NCBI GenBank assembly: GCA_017625695.1
Contig: JAGAKI010000079.1
Span: 2,312-66,311, forward strand
DNA from: Clostridia bacterium
GTDB taxonomy: Bacteria > Bacillota > Clostridia > UMGS1840
Direction: 5' to 3'
Length of the DNA stretch: 64,000 bases
The notes under the pieces are model-generated. The model made no database searches. It was not told where the DNA came from and saw only the letters and a list, made by a program, of their open reading frames with translations. A program made the position numbers and the translations under genes. Positions 49,688 to 60,639 of this stretch are shown in pieces; position 1 is the first letter of the stretch, and each line of letters starts with the position of its first letter.

Positions 49688-51550
49688 ATGGAACGATTGC
49701 GAAAGTATAAAAAATACAGTCTGATTCTTGCAGATTTTGTCTGCATTGTGTTTGCGTATCTTGCATTTATCATTATCCGTTTTGACCAGGGCGTTTCCCA
49801 GGTCATCATAGACCAGACGATAGCCACCGTGGCACTGACCACGGTTTGTACCGTCCTGTCTCTGATTGCCGGCAAATGCTACAATACCCTCTGGAAATAC
49901 AGCAGTTTACGGGAATACAGCAGAACGATGGGTTTTTTCGGCATCGGCGTTCTGCCGGTCATGATTCTTCGCCTGGTTTTTCCCAATGCCATTCTTTCTC
50001 ATAAAATTATGCTGATTTTCGGCTTCTTGAGTGCGGTTATGATAGTCATTACCCGTGTAGCAATCCGTATCATTCTCTCGGCAACCGATTTGCCTCATAA
50101 AAGCAAGGACGGTGCCAACACGTTAATTGTGGGGGGCGGATCTGCTGCCAAGCTTCTGATTGAGGACATTTTAAGAAATCAGTCTCATTTATACAACATT
50201 GTGGGAATTATTGACGATAACCCCGAAAAAGTGGGACGTTCCATTCACGGTTACCGTGTCTTCGGCTCCCGTAAGGAAATCCCATCCATTGCCAAAGAAC
50301 AAAATGCAGAGGTCATCATCATTGCCATTCCCTCTGCCGATCAGCATACCATACAGAAGCTGCTCGCTATCTGCAGTGAGACAGTTTGCAAAATCAAGAT
50401 TCTGCCCAGTATTGAGCTGTCGATGACTGATAAGAAATCCATTTCCGCCAAAACCATCCGTGACGTGGAAATTGAGGACCTTCTGGAACGTGACCCTATT
50501 ATTCTGGATAATAACAGCCTCCAAAGTCAAATCAGCGGAAAAACTGTACTGGTTACCGGAGGCGGCGGATCCATCGGTTCGGAGCTATGCCGTCAGATTG
50601 CAAAATATCAGCCGGGCAAGCTGATTGTTTTAGATTGTTATGAAAATAACGCCTACGATTTACAGCAGGAGCTTCGCTATCAGTATCCGGAGCTTTCCTT
50701 AGATGTTATCATTGCTTCTGTGCGGGACGAAAAACGTCTGAATGAACTGTTTGACTACTACCGTCCCCATCTGGTATTCCACGCAGCTGCCCACAAGCAT
50801 GTGCCTCTGATGGAAACCAGCCCCCAGGAAGCCATCAAAAACAATGTATTCGGCACCTGGAACACAGTTCACGCCGCACATCAGTACGGGGTTGAAAAAT
50901 TTGTACTGATTTCCACCGACAAAGCAGTAAATCCCACCAATGTAATGGGTGCCAGCAAACGAATCTGCGAAATGATTACCCAGGCAATGCAGCCGGTTTC
51001 CGATACCGACTTTGTTGCGGTACGGTTCGGGAATGTGCTTGGTTCCAACGGGTCGGTAATTCCCCTGTTCAAACGTCAGATTCAGCGGGGCGGTCCCGTT
51101 ACGGTAACCCATAAGGATATCACCCGTTATTTTATGACCATTCCCGAGGCATCTCAGCTGGTGCTACAAGCAGCAAGCTTTGCCACCGGCGGCGAAATTT
51201 TTGTGCTGGATATGGGACGTCCGGTGAAAATTTACGATTTGGCGGAAAAGCTTCTGCGGCTGTCCGGCTATGTTCCCAATAAAGACATCAAAATCCAGGT
51301 GACCGGACTTCGTCCCGGAGAAAAGCTGTATGAAGAGCTTTTAATGGCAGAGGAAGGTCTTACCAACACTTCTCACAACAAAATCTTCATCGGACAACCC
51401 CTGGGTTGTGAATATCAGAGCTTGTCCCAGCAGTTAGACGAGCTGAAGAAAGTTCTCTGGGGCAGCGATCCCGATGCGGTCAAACGGGCAGTTGCCGCTA
51501 TGGTGGATACCTATTCCCCCGATTTAGACTGCGATAAAGTAAAAAATTAA
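49688..51550 (+). CDS. NDP-sugar 4,6-dehydratase (CapD/PglF family)
   Basis: TGGGGSIGSE, HAAAHKHVP, STDKAVNPTNVMGASK, RFGNVLGSNGSV, GLRPGEKL. Confidence 0.94.
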   Translation: MERLRKYKKYSLILADFVCIVFAYLAFIIIRFDQGVSQVIIDQTIATVALTTVCTVLSLIAGKCYNTLWKYSSLREYSRTMGFFGIGVLPVMILRLVFPNAILSHKIMLIFGFLSAVMIVITRVAIRIILSATDLPHKSKDGANTLIVGGGSAAKLLIEDILRNQSHLYNIVGIIDDNPEKVGRSIHGYRVFGSRKEIPSIAKEQNAEVIIIAIPSADQHTIQKLLAICSETVCKIKILPSIELSMTDKKSISAKTIRDVEIEDLLERDPIILDNNSLQSQISGKTVLVTGGGGSIGSELCRQIAKYQPGKLIVLDCYENNAYDLQQELRYQYPELSLDVIIASVRDEKRLNELFDYYRPHLVFHAAAHKHVPLMETSPQEAIKNNVFGTWNTVHAAHQYGVEKFVLISTDKAVNPTNVMGASKRICEMITQAMQPVSDTDFVAVRFGNVLGSNGSVIPLFKRQIQRGGPVTVTHKDITRYFMTIPEASQLVLQAASFATGGEIFVLDMGRPVKIYDLAEKLLRLSGYVPNKDIKIQVTGLRPGEKLYEELLMAEEGLTNTSHNKIFIGQPLGCEYQSLSQQLDELKKVLWGSDPDAVKRAVAAMVDTYSPDLDCDKVKN

Positions 51551-51594
51551 TAGCACTCGCCACCCAAAACAGCGCAAACGAAACGGAGAAAAAC

Positions 51595-51897
51595 ATGGTA
51601 AAACACATTGTATTCTGGAACATTAAAGACGAAGTAAACGGCGAATCCAAAGCACAAATGATGCTTCGGATGAAAACTATGCTGGAAGATTTGAACGGAA
51701 AGATTCCCGGTCTTCTCACCTGTGAGGTGGGGATTGACAAAAACGGCAGCGATGCAGCATACGACATCTGCCTGTATTCTGAATTTCCCGACTGGGAAAG
51801 CTTGAATGCCTATCAGGACCATCCTCTTCATGTAGCATGTAAAGGCTACATCCGTGAAATCGCAGAAAACAGAGTATTGTGCGACTACGAAGTGTAG
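51595..51897 (+). CDS. Dabb family protein
   Basis: MVKHIVFW..YQDHPLH..DYE. Confidence 0.88.
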   Translation: MVKHIVFWNIKDEVNGESKAQMMLRMKTMLEDLNGKIPGLLTCEVGIDKNGSDAAYDICLYSEFPDWESLNAYQDHPLHVACKGYIREIAENRVLCDYEV

Positions 51898-52018
51898 GAA
51901 ACGGTTGGTAAAAGGAGCCGGGACTACAAAGAGAAAATTCTCTTTTGGTGCGAAAAGCAAAGAGATTCACAAAAAATTCACCAAACCCTGTTAGACTATC
52001 ATTCCAAACGGAGGCACT

Positions 52019-52438
52019 ATGTATCCAAGAACCTTAGCCATTGATTACGGTGACAGAAGAATCGGACTTGCCGTGTCCGATTTGTTAGGCATTACGGCAC
52101 AGCCGGTGGGATATCTCACGGTGAACGGTGACCGGGATGCACTCCGTCAGCTGACGGGATATGTAAAAGAATATCAAATCCAAAAATTTGTATTGGGTCT
52201 TCCGAAAAATATGGACGGCTCAGAGGGCAGCCGGGTAGAAAAAACCCGTGAATTTGCAAGAAAACTGCAGGAAGATTTCCCCGAAATTACCGTGGAATAC
52301 TATGATGAGAGAATGACCACCATCGTTGCCCAACGGGCACTCATCGGAATGAACGTCCGCAAAAAAGAAGGAAAAAAAGATATGCTTTCTGCTGCCATTA
52401 TTCTGCAGGGATATCTGGAAACTCATCCCAATGGCTGA
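52019..52438 (+). CDS. ruvX: Holliday junction resolvase-like protein RuvX/YqgF
   Basis: AIDYGDRRIGLAVSD, GLPKNMDG, DERMTT, AAIILQGYL. Confidence 0.93.
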   Translation: MYPRTLAIDYGDRRIGLAVSDLLGITAQPVGYLTVNGDRDALRQLTGYVKEYQIQKFVLGLPKNMDGSEGSRVEKTREFARKLQEDFPEITVEYYDERMTTIVAQRALIGMNVRKKEGKKDMLSAAIILQGYLETHPNG

Positions 52439-52493
52439 TAATGTTTCGGAAGAAACTTGCATAAAATGAAAAGAATCAAAGGAGGATACTCTT

Positions 52494-52826
52494 ATGGACA
52501 AAAATAAAAATATGGACCCTATGATGGAAGAAAACATCATAACCTTACCGGATGACACAGAGGACGAACCCATCGAACAAATCGTTACTCTGTATGACGA
52601 AGACGGTAATCCCGAAGATTACGAACTGATTGACCTGTTTGAATTCAAAGACGGCATCTACGGTGCATTTACTCCCGTTCTGACCGGAGAAGAACCCGAC
52701 CAGGTAGACGTGGTAATGCTGAAAGTCACCGAAGACGGCAATGCCTTCATCGAAATTGAAGATCCGTCCGAAGAAGAAGCAGTATTTCAGGAACTTTTAC
52801 GTCGGGAAGACAGTCTGTTAGATTAG
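52494..52826 (+). CDS. DUF1292 family acidic protein
   Basis: IVTLYDEDG..; follows ruvX as is usual in Firmicutes. Confidence 0.8.
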   Translation: MDKNKNMDPMMEENIITLPDDTEDEPIEQIVTLYDEDGNPEDYELIDLFEFKDGIYGAFTPVLTGEEPDQVDVVMLKVTEDGNAFIEIEDPSEEEAVFQELLRREDSLLD

Positions 52827-52897
52827 AAGAAAAGGAAATTAAAAAAGCCGATGGGAACAAAGGGTCCTGTCGGCTTAAAAAAACGAGGCTTTAACAA

Positions 52898-55138
52898 ATG
52901 GTATTATGCTCAAAATGTAAAAAAAATATGGCTGTAGTCTTTGTCACCAAAATGGAACAGGGCAAAGAAGTTTCTGAAGGTTTATGCTTTAACTGTGCCA
53001 AAGAAATGGGAATCAAACCCTTTGACAAACTGCTGAGTCAGTTTGGAATCAATGAGGAAGATTTCGCCAATATGAATGAGCAGTTTTCCGAAATGATGGA
53101 AGACGGCTCCATGTTCGGCGACAATATGATGATGTTCCCCGGGGAAGGTGCGATGTCTCCCGACGGAGAAGAAATCCGTCCTGAAGATATCGGGATCAAA
53201 CAGAAAAATCCCAAACAGAAACAGAAGAAGAAAACCCCCTTGGAAACCTACGGCACCAACTTAAACGACAAAGCAAGACTGGGCGAAATTGATGCGGTGA
53301 TCGGAAGAGAATCTGAAATTAACCGTGTCATTCACATCTTAAACCGCCGTACCAAAAACAATCCGGTCCTGTTAGGGGAACCCGGCGTTGGAAAAACTGC
53401 GATTGCAGAAGGTCTTGCCTTAAAAATTGTGAGGGGAGAAGTGCCTCACAAATTACTCAATGCACAGATTTATCTGATTGATTTTGCGGGAATGATTGCA
53501 GGAACGCAATTCCGGGGTCAGTTTGAACAACGCTTGAAAGCGGTGGTAACTGACGTTATCGAACGCAAAAACGTCATTATGGTAATTGACGAAATTCATA
53601 ACATTGTTGCCGCAGGTGATGCCAACGGTGCCATGAATGCTGCCAACATTTTAAAACCCTATCTGGCAAAAGGCGAACTCCGGATGATTGGTGCTACCAC
53701 TCCGGAAGAATACCGCAAGCACATTGAAAAGGATTCTGCCTTAGAACGCCGTTTTGCAACGGTAGCAGTGGAAGAGCCGGATATTTATGAAACCATTGAA
53801 ATCTTAAAGGGCATCAAAGGATATTACGAGGATTATCATAAGGTAAACTATTCCGATGAAGCCATTGAAACTGCCGCTGTAATGGCAGACCGTTATATTT
53901 TTGACCGCAAGCTGCCCGACAAGGCAATCGACCTGCTGGACGAAAGCGGTGCGGTGAAAAATGTTGCCAATGACACCCTGGTGAAGCTGGACGAATTAAA
54001 CCGTGAGCTGGAAAACATCGTGGCATTAAAAGAAAGCTCGGTGGAAAATGATTCCATTGACGATTATCAGAAAGCGGCTGACTACAAAATTCAGGAATGT
54101 CAGCTAAGAGAAAATATTGCTGCTCTGCAAAAATCCGCTTACCGTGCAGTTTCTACCGAAGACATTGCAACCGTGATTGAAAACATCACCAAAATTCCCG
54201 TAAAAAATATCACCGGGATTGAAGCAAAAAATCTCATCCATCTGGAAGAAAAAATTGCAAAACGCATTGCCGGTCAGGAAGACGGCGTGAAAGCGGTTGC
54301 CGCTGCAGTCCGCCGTGGAAGAGCGGGACTTTCTGCAAAACGAAAACCCACTTCCTTTATTTTTGCCGGCCCCACCGGAGTTGGGAAAACCGAACTAGTA
54401 AAAACCCTTGCTTATGAGCTGTTCGGCTCGGAAGAAAGCATCATTCGTTTCGATATGAGTGAATATATGGAAAAGCACACCGTGGCAAAGCTGATTGGTT
54501 CCCCTCCAGGATACGTTGGCTACGATGATGCCGGGTTACTCACTGAAAAAATCAGAAAGAAACCCTATTCCATCATTCTATTTGATGAAATAGAAAAAGC
54601 ACATCCCGATGTGTTCAATCTGTTACTGCAGATTTTAGACGACGGTATCTTAACCGACAGCCACGGCAAAACCGTGCGGTTCTATAATGCTATTATCATT
54701 ATGACCACCAATGCGGGCAGTGACTACAAAGCCGCATCGTTGGGATTCTCTCAGGGAACGGAAAGCAAAGCAAAAGATAAGGTCAACAAAGCACTCCGTG
54801 AATTTTTCCGTCCCGAATTTTTAAACCGTGTGGATAAAATTGTGGTATTTGACCCGCTGGGCAAAGAAGAACTCAAAAAGATTACCCACATTATGCTTTC
54901 GGATATTGAGAAAAATCTCCGTGACAAAAAGCTGTATGTGTCCTTCTCGGATGCCCTGGTGGAATACCTCATCGAAAACGGGTTCGATGAAAAATTCGGT
55001 GCCCGTCCCTTACGCCGTTTAATTGAACGGGAAGTGGAAGACAAAATTGCAGATTTGTTTATTTCCGGCGAACTGACTTCCGGTGAAAACTTCCTCGCAG
55101 ATTACAAAAACGAAGAAGTGGTAATTACCAAACAATAA
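52898..55138 (+). CDS. Clp protease ATP-binding subunit (ClpE/ClpC-like, N-terminal Zn finger)
   Basis: CSKC...CFNC; [13 protein letters not shown]; [26 protein letters not shown]. Confidence 0.93.
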   Translation: MVLCSKCKKNMAVVFVTKMEQGKEVSEGLCFNCAKEMGIKPFDKLLSQFGINEEDFANMNEQFSEMMEDGSMFGDNMMMFPGEGAMSPDGEEIRPEDIGIKQKNPKQKQKKKTPLETYGTNLNDKARLGEIDAVIGRESEINRVIHILNRRTKNNPVLLGEPGVGKTAIAEGLALKIVRGEVPHKLLNAQIYLIDFAGMIAGTQFRGQFEQRLKAVVTDVIERKNVIMVIDEIHNIVAAGDANGAMNAANILKPYLAKGELRMIGATTPEEYRKHIEKDSALERRFATVAVEEPDIYETIEILKGIKGYYEDYHKVNYSDEAIETAAVMADRYIFDRKLPDKAIDLLDESGAVKNVANDTLVKLDELNRELENIVALKESSVENDSIDDYQKAADYKIQECQLRENIAALQKSAYRAVSTEDIATVIENITKIPVKNITGIEAKNLIHLEEKIAKRIAGQEDGVKAVAAAVRRGRAGLSAKRKPTSFIFAGPTGVGKTELVKTLAYELFGSEESIIRFDMSEYMEKHTVAKLIGSPPGYVGYDDAGLLTEKIRKKPYSIILFDEIEKAHPDVFNLLLQILDDGILTDSHGKTVRFYNAIIIMTTNAGSDYKAASLGFSQGTESKAKDKVNKALREFFRPEFLNRVDKIVVFDPLGKEELKKITHIMLSDIEKNLRDKKLYVSFSDALVEYLIENGFDEKFGARPLRRLIEREVEDKIADLFISGELTSGENFLADYKNEEVVITKQ

Positions 55139-55207
55139 CACAAAAGAAGAACGCTGTTTTTTAAGATTTTAAAAAACAGCGTTCTTTTTCTTCTGTAGCG
55201 GATGATG

Positions 55208-55402
55208 TTACCTGCAGAATGATTCGTCGTCTTCCACTTCGTCCTCATCGGATGGCATATCCATATACATATCTTCGGTTTCCAGTTCAATCTCAATCAG
55301 TTTTTGTATCAGCGGTTCGGCTGTTTTGATGTCTTTATAATCTTCTATAACATCTGCCACCTTTCCAAATAAATGAAAATACAATCTTTTGTAATCAATC
55401 AT
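55208..55402 (-). CDS. 64-aa acidic hypothetical protein
   Basis: MIDYKRLYFHLFGKVADVIE...ETEDMY; RBS-like AAAGGACAGAGG. Confidence 0.6.
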   Translation of the reverse strand: MIDYKRLYFHLFGKVADVIEDYKDIKTAEPLIQKLIEIELETEDMYMDMPSDEDEVEDDESFCR

Positions 55403-55688
55403 TTTCCTCTGTCCTTTCTGTTTCCAATAAAAAATGCGTAGCATCACAGTGAAGCTACGCATGAAAAACGCATAGCCTCTGTGCAACCACGCAAATTTTA
55501 CATCTCCAGCATAAAACAACCAAAAGTATGCAAAAACAGAGTATGCATTTTTACCAATAGTAAAAATACACACTTTTTGATTGCTATATGCAAAAAAACA
55601 GAAATATTCAATTTGCGTGGTTACCGTCATTGTAACACAGAAGAAAAAATTTGTCAATAAAATAATAGGGGATTCCAAATAACATTTG

Positions 55689-56012
55689 GACGTAACCACA
55701 CAGCGGGACGATGTGGCATCGTCCCCTACGAAGGTTGATGCAACGTTTTAGGAGTATACAAACGTATGGTACCACCCACACAAAAAAACGTTATCGAGCG
55801 ACGAAACCAAAAAATTCCGCCCTTATTTTCGCAATTCTCCACCGTTGTCAAAGGACGATGGTCGGGATTGCGGAAATACCAGGCGGTGTTTTCTTTTTGG
55901 TTCTTTTCTTTGACATCAAAGAAAAAGAACATATAAAAAACTTTAATTCCAAATCAACGTTTAGACGTAACCACACAGCGGGACGATGTGGGCATCGTCC
56001 CCTACGAAGGTT
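55689..56012. repeat. Two GTAG-type REP copies (GTAGGGGACGATGCC(C)ACATCGTCCCG on the minus strand)
   Basis: ~48-bp direct repeat at 55689-55736 and 55964-56012, with the palindrome gttcttttctttga..tcaaagaaaaagaac between them. Confidence 0.85.
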
Positions 56013-56104
56013 TCTCCGACAAGATAGCGATCCCCATGGAGTTCCCAAACAATTTCATAACCATCGTAAAAAAGGCTGTTCCCTCATGGAAACAGCCTTT
56101 CGTC

Positions 56105-56968
56105 TTATTCTTTTGTCAATTCTTTGATTTCGTGGTCATCGTGGTCCTCATGAACGATTGCCTGTTTGATGATTTTGACATCTTTTTTGTGGTAGGTGCC
56201 AATGGCTTCGGTATCGGAGGAAACTGCACGAAGGATTCCTGTAATCACGTTGACGTCAATTACGGTTCCTTCTCCGCCGCCGGGCAGTTTGACCAATGCA
56301 CCGTGGCGGGGGGTATCTTTCCACATATCCTCATAGGAGGACTGTTCATAGTTCAAGCAACACATCAGTCTGCCGCAGGCACCCGAAATTTTGGTGGGAT
56401 TTAAGGACAGATTCTGGTCTTTTGCCATTTTGATGGAAACAGGTTTAAACTCGCATAAGAAAGTGGAACAACAGCACTGACGTCCGCAGGGGCCAAAGCA
56501 TTTTAACATTTTTGCTTCGTCACGGACCCCAATCTGCCGAAGCTCAATACGGGTACGGAACACACTTGCCAGGTCTTTTACCAGTTCACGGAAGTCTACT
56601 CTGCCGTCTGCGGAGAAATAGAACAGAATCTTACTGCGGTCAAAGGTATATTCCACTTCCAAAAGATTCATTTCCAAACCATGTTTTTTGATTTTTTCTT
56701 CGGCAATGCCAAAGGCTTTTTGTTCTCTTTCTTTATTTTCCGCCAACTGCTTGTTATCTTCTTCGGTGGCAATCCGGATGACCGGTTTTAAGGGAGGAAC
56801 CAAGTCTTCTTCGGCTACCATCGAATTCCCACGGACCACTTTTGCATATTCCAGACCACGTGCCGTTTCCACGATAACACAGTCATCGACATTGACGGTG
56901 AGTCCGTTGGGGTCAAAGTAATACACTTTGCCAAAGTCTTTGAATTTTACACTGATTACTTCTATCAT
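56105..56968 (-). CDS. ricT: PSP1-domain protein RicT/YaaT
   Basis: GKVYYFDP, RVDFRELVKDLA, RQIGVRDEA, CGRQCCC, CGRLMCCL. Confidence 0.92.
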   Translation of the reverse strand: MIEVISVKFKDFGKVYYFDPNGLTVNVDDCVIVETARGLEYAKVVRGNSMVAEEDLVPPLKPVIRIATEEDNKQLAENKEREQKAFGIAEEKIKKHGLEMNLLEVEYTFDRSKILFYFSADGRVDFRELVKDLASVFRTRIELRQIGVRDEAKMLKCFGPCGRQCCCSTFLCEFKPVSIKMAKDQNLSLNPTKISGACGRLMCCLNYEQSSYEDMWKDTPRHGALVKLPGGGEGTVIDVNVITGILRAVSSDTEAIGTYHKKDVKIIKQAIVHEDHDDHEIKELTKE

Positions 56969-56972
56969 AATA

Positions 56973-57926
56973 TTAGGAAATCCTTTCTTTATTCAGATGA
57001 TTTCGGATGGAGGTGAGGGCAGTGAGTACCCCGATATTATATGCACCGTTTGCCGAAAGCTTTTGTTTTAAACTCCGAAGTTCCTTGTAGATATTCTCTG
57101 CGGTTCCCACAGGAAGGGAAACCTCCCAGCGGATATCGGTATTTTTACAAAGAGACGGATCGGAAACGGTACTGTCATAAACCAAACTGTTGAAAATATC
57201 CCAAAGTGCTTCCCATTCCTCCTGATAGGTGAGAAAATCACTGTACAGACGAATCACTTCTTTGGTGGTTCTTTTCTGAAACAGCAGGCGGATATCGGAA
57301 ATCAGGGTTTCCCGCATGGAGCGGTACCCCTCCGACTCTGCCAGTGCAAACGCTCTTGTTGCCGAGCCGTTGGCACGGGAAAGTAAGCCGTCTTCAGGGA
57401 TGGGTTTTCCCTCGTTTTGAAAACACAGTTTCAACTCTGCCAGAGATAAGGGAGAAAAGCGGATTTGCACCCCACGGGATAAAATGGTGGGCAAAATCAT
57501 GGATAAATTGGAAGTCACAAGCACAATCACCGCATAAGAGGGCGGTTCTTCAAATACTTTTAATAAGGCATTCTGTGCCTGGACGGTCATTTTATCTGCA
57601 TCGGTAATCACATAAATTTTTTTGTCAAACAAAAAGGGTTTTAAATAAATTTCGGACGTAATTTCTCTGATATCCGAAACGGAAATACTTTTTTGGGGAC
57701 GGATGATTTTTACATCAGAAGTAGAAAAAAACTGCTGACAGGCATCACAGGTTCCGCAGGCCGAGTGATTCCGACAAACTATACTTTTGGCGAATTCAAT
57801 TGCCAGCGTGGTTTTTCCCACACCGCTCTGTCCGTAAAAAATGTAGGCGTGACTCAGCTTCCCCGACCCAATTGCCGTGGAAAGAATTTCTTTGGGAAGT
57901 TGTTGCCCGATGACACGTTCAAACAT
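56973..57926 (-). CDS. holB: DNA polymerase III delta-prime subunit
   Basis: HAYIFYGQSGVGKTT, CGTCDAC, AQNALLKVFEEPP, TILSR; upstream of ricT. Confidence 0.9.
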   Translation of the reverse strand: MFERVIGQQLPKEILSTAIGSGKLSHAYIFYGQSGVGKTTLAIEFAKSIVCRNHSACGTCDACQQFFSTSDVKIIRPQKSISVSDIREITSEIYLKPFLFDKKIYVITDADKMTVQAQNALLKVFEEPPSYAVIVLVTSNLSMILPTILSRGVQIRFSPLSLAELKLCFQNEGKPIPEDGLLSRANGSATRAFALAESEGYRSMRETLISDIRLLFQKRTTKEVIRLYSDFLTYQEEWEALWDIFNSLVYDSTVSDPSLCKNTDIRWEVSLPVGTAENIYKELRSLKQKLSANGAYNIGVLTALTSIRNHLNKERIS

Positions 57927-57929
57927 TTC

Positions 57930-58412
57930 TTACCTCGCTGTGACAGCTAAAATTTCTTTTTCCCGCTGACGCATCACTTTTTTATCGTCGTCATTCATAT
58001 GGTCATAGCCAAACAGATGCAAAATTCCGTGCAGTACCAGATAGCAAAGCTCTTTTTCAAAGGTATGCCCGTATTCTTGTGCCTGTTCCCGGATTTTTTC
58101 GTGAGAGATTAAAATATCGCCCAATACCACCTTGTTGGTTTCAGGGTCATAATCCCATTCGGTCAACGGATGTTCCAGCACTTCGGGAGCTTGGAAAAAC
58201 AGCATGGGAAACGACAGCACATCAGTCGGTTTGTCAATCTGACGCTGTTCTTTGTTCACTTCCCGGATGGTTTCATTATCGGTTACGGTAATGCTAAGCT
58301 GTACGGGAAATGAGGGATTTACGGCTTCCAGACAGTTTTTCACAAAGGTAAGAAGCAGTTCTTCCTCTAAAAAATCTTCCAGAACCTCATTATAGAATTC
58401 TATGGTATGCAT
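57930..58412 (-). CDS. ybeY: rRNA maturation endoribonuclease YbeY
   Basis: PTDVLSFP, LGDILIS, HGILHLFGYDH. Confidence 0.95.
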   Translation of the reverse strand: MHTIEFYNEVLEDFLEEELLLTFVKNCLEAVNPSFPVQLSITVTDNETIREVNKEQRQIDKPTDVLSFPMLFFQAPEVLEHPLTEWDYDPETNKVVLGDILISHEKIREQAQEYGHTFEKELCYLVLHGILHLFGYDHMNDDDKKVMRQREKEILAVTAR

Positions 58413-58455
58413 GAGCCTACACTCCGGTTTTTTAAAATTCAAAATAGGAATCCAT

Positions 58456-59334
58456 TTAACAAATAATTTCTTCCTCACGTTTTTCGCCCAAAAAGCAGAT
58501 GCCAACCACCTGGGGACCTGCATTGCAAACGATACAGGGACCGATCAGATTATTTTCCAACGCTTTTTCCTTTAAGTTTTCTTTCATCTGCCTGGTAAAG
58601 TCTTTGGAATCGTTGGAGCCGCGGAACAAAACATACTGTTTGTCTTCCCCGATGCGTTCTTTGGCAACCTGACAAAGGGCATCCATTGCCTTGGGGATTC
58701 CCCTTGCTTTCTGATAAGTCACCGAATCTCCGCGGGTTAAGCACATGATGGGTTTAATCCCCAAAAGTTCCCCGGCAATTGCCGCCGCTGTACCGATTCT
58801 GCCGGATTTTTTGGCGTATTGCAAATCAAACACGGTGAAATAGGTTTCCAGTCGGGAAAACCAATCTTCCAGATAGTTTAAAATCACTTCCACCGGCTTG
58901 TTATCATTTGCCATTTTTGCCGCCTGAAGCACCGGATAGCCGTAACAAGCGGAATAGGCCATGGTGTTAATGACATATATTTTCATCTTACAGTCGGGCA
59001 TATCATTCAGAAACATTTTTCTTGCCAACTGTGCGGAATTAAAGGTAGAAGAAGCTTTCTGATTGATGGTGACAATCAGAAGGTCGGTTACGTCGTCTTT
59101 ATATGCTGCTTTGATTTCGTCTAAAAATGCAAATGGCGGTACCTGTGCGGTAGAGGGAATAGACCCGTCTTCCGGTAACATGCCGTAAAATTCATCCTTG
59201 GTAAAATCATAGGCTTCTTTGTATTCTTTCTGCCCAATGGTAACCGTCATAGGAATCAGAACCACTCCGTGTTTTTGTGCGGTTTTCAAATCAATATCAC
59301 TGGCGGTATCTGTAACTAATCTGATTTTTGCCAT
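58456..59334 (-). CDS. DegV family protein
   Basis: VTDTASD, STAQ, YAKKSGRI, KPIM, NAGP. Confidence 0.9.
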   Translation of the reverse strand: MAKIRLVTDTASDIDLKTAQKHGVVLIPMTVTIGQKEYKEAYDFTKDEFYGMLPEDGSIPSTAQVPPFAFLDEIKAAYKDDVTDLLIVTINQKASSTFNSAQLARKMFLNDMPDCKMKIYVINTMAYSACYGYPVLQAAKMANDNKPVEVILNYLEDWFSRLETYFTVFDLQYAKKSGRIGTAAAIAGELLGIKPIMCLTRGDSVTYQKARGIPKAMDALCQVAKERIGEDKQYVLFRGSNDSKDFTRQMKENLKEKALENNLIGPCIVCNAGPQVVGICFLGEKREEEIIC

Positions 59335-59545
59335 AACGAACATCTCCTGTGAGTAAAATATAGTTCAGTTTATTATACTATAGATTTGTGAAAATATCAA
59401 GAACATTTTTTAAATTTTTCCCGAAAGATACCAAACTTTGGGAAACATTTTTGGGTTTTTCGTAAAAAACAGTTGAATTTTTGAGAAACTTATAGTATAA
59501 TGAAGGGTAATTACAATTTGATACTTGGAAAGGCAGTGTTCATTT

Positions 59546-60610
59546 ATGGAAATTACAGTAACAAAAACTACAAATCCCGGTCAGAAACCCGATCAGTCCA
59601 ACTTGGGCTTTGGTAAAATTTTTACTGACCATATGTTTGAAATGGAATATACCGAAGGCATCGGCTGGCACGATGCAAAAATCGTTCCTGTGCATAACTT
59701 AAGCCTGCATCCGGCTTGTATGGTATTCCACTACGGTCAGGAAATGTTTGAAGGCTTGAAAGCATATCGCGGCAAAGACGGAAAGGTGCGTCTGTTCCGC
59801 CCCGAAATGAATGCAAAACGTACCAACAACACCAATGACCGTCTCTGCATCCCCCACATTCCCGTGGAAGATTTTGTGGAAGCGGTAAAAGCGGTAGTAA
59901 AGGTGGATGAAGACTGGATTCCCACCGCAGACGGTACTTCCTTATACATTCGTCCCTTCATCATTGCAACTGACGAATTCTTAGGGGTTGCCCCCTCCAA
60001 AACCTACAAATTCATGATTATCCTTTCTCCCTCCGGAGCATACTATGCAAGCGGTCTGGCTCCGGTTGGCATCTGGATTGAAGACGAATATGTTCGTGCA
60101 GTAAAAGGCGGTATTGGCTTTGCAAAAACCGGCGGTAACTATGCGGCTTCCTTAGCAGCCCAGGTAAAAGCTCACGATGACGGTTATTCTCAGGTGCTCT
60201 GGTTAGACGGTGTGGAACGAAAATATATTGAAGAAGTTGGTGCTATGAACATCTTCTTTAAAATTGACGGCACCATCGTAACTCCCGCATTGAACGGTTC
60301 CATTTTACCCGGTGTTACCCGTGACAGCGTCATTCAGTTATGCAAAAAAATGGGTCTCCCCGTGGAAGAAAGAAAAATCAGTGCAGAAGAGCTGATTGCT
60401 GCTCAGAAAGCAGGCAAGCTGGAAGAATGTTTCGGTTCCGGTACTGCAGCGGTAATTTCTCCCGTTGGCAAGCTCCGTTACAAAGACGATGTAATGCTCA
60501 TCAACAACAATGAAATCGGTCCCGTATCTCAGAAATTATACGATACCATCACCGGAATTCAGTGGGGTAAAATTGAAGATGATATGGGTTGGACTGTTGA
60601 GGTAAAATAA
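59546..60610 (+). CDS. ilvE: Branched-chain amino acid aminotransferase
   Basis: FTDHM, HYGQEMFEGLKAY, LYIRP, KTGGNY, ILPGVTR, GTAAVISP. Confidence 0.96.
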   Translation: MEITVTKTTNPGQKPDQSNLGFGKIFTDHMFEMEYTEGIGWHDAKIVPVHNLSLHPACMVFHYGQEMFEGLKAYRGKDGKVRLFRPEMNAKRTNNTNDRLCIPHIPVEDFVEAVKAVVKVDEDWIPTADGTSLYIRPFIIATDEFLGVAPSKTYKFMIILSPSGAYYASGLAPVGIWIEDEYVRAVKGGIGFAKTGGNYAASLAAQVKAHDDGYSQVLWLDGVERKYIEEVGAMNIFFKIDGTIVTPALNGSILPGVTRDSVIQLCKKMGLPVEERKISAEELIAAQKAGKLEECFGSGTAAVISPVGKLRYKDDVMLINNNEIGPVSQKLYDTITGIQWGKIEDDMGWTVEVK

Positions 60611-60639
60611 GTCCCAATATAAAATCAGGAGTGTAAATT

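Noticed and set aside
55711-56127. ORFs overlapping the REP doublet
   Set aside because: Repeat-derived reading frames (CGHRPLR / GRCPHRP are typical REP translations)
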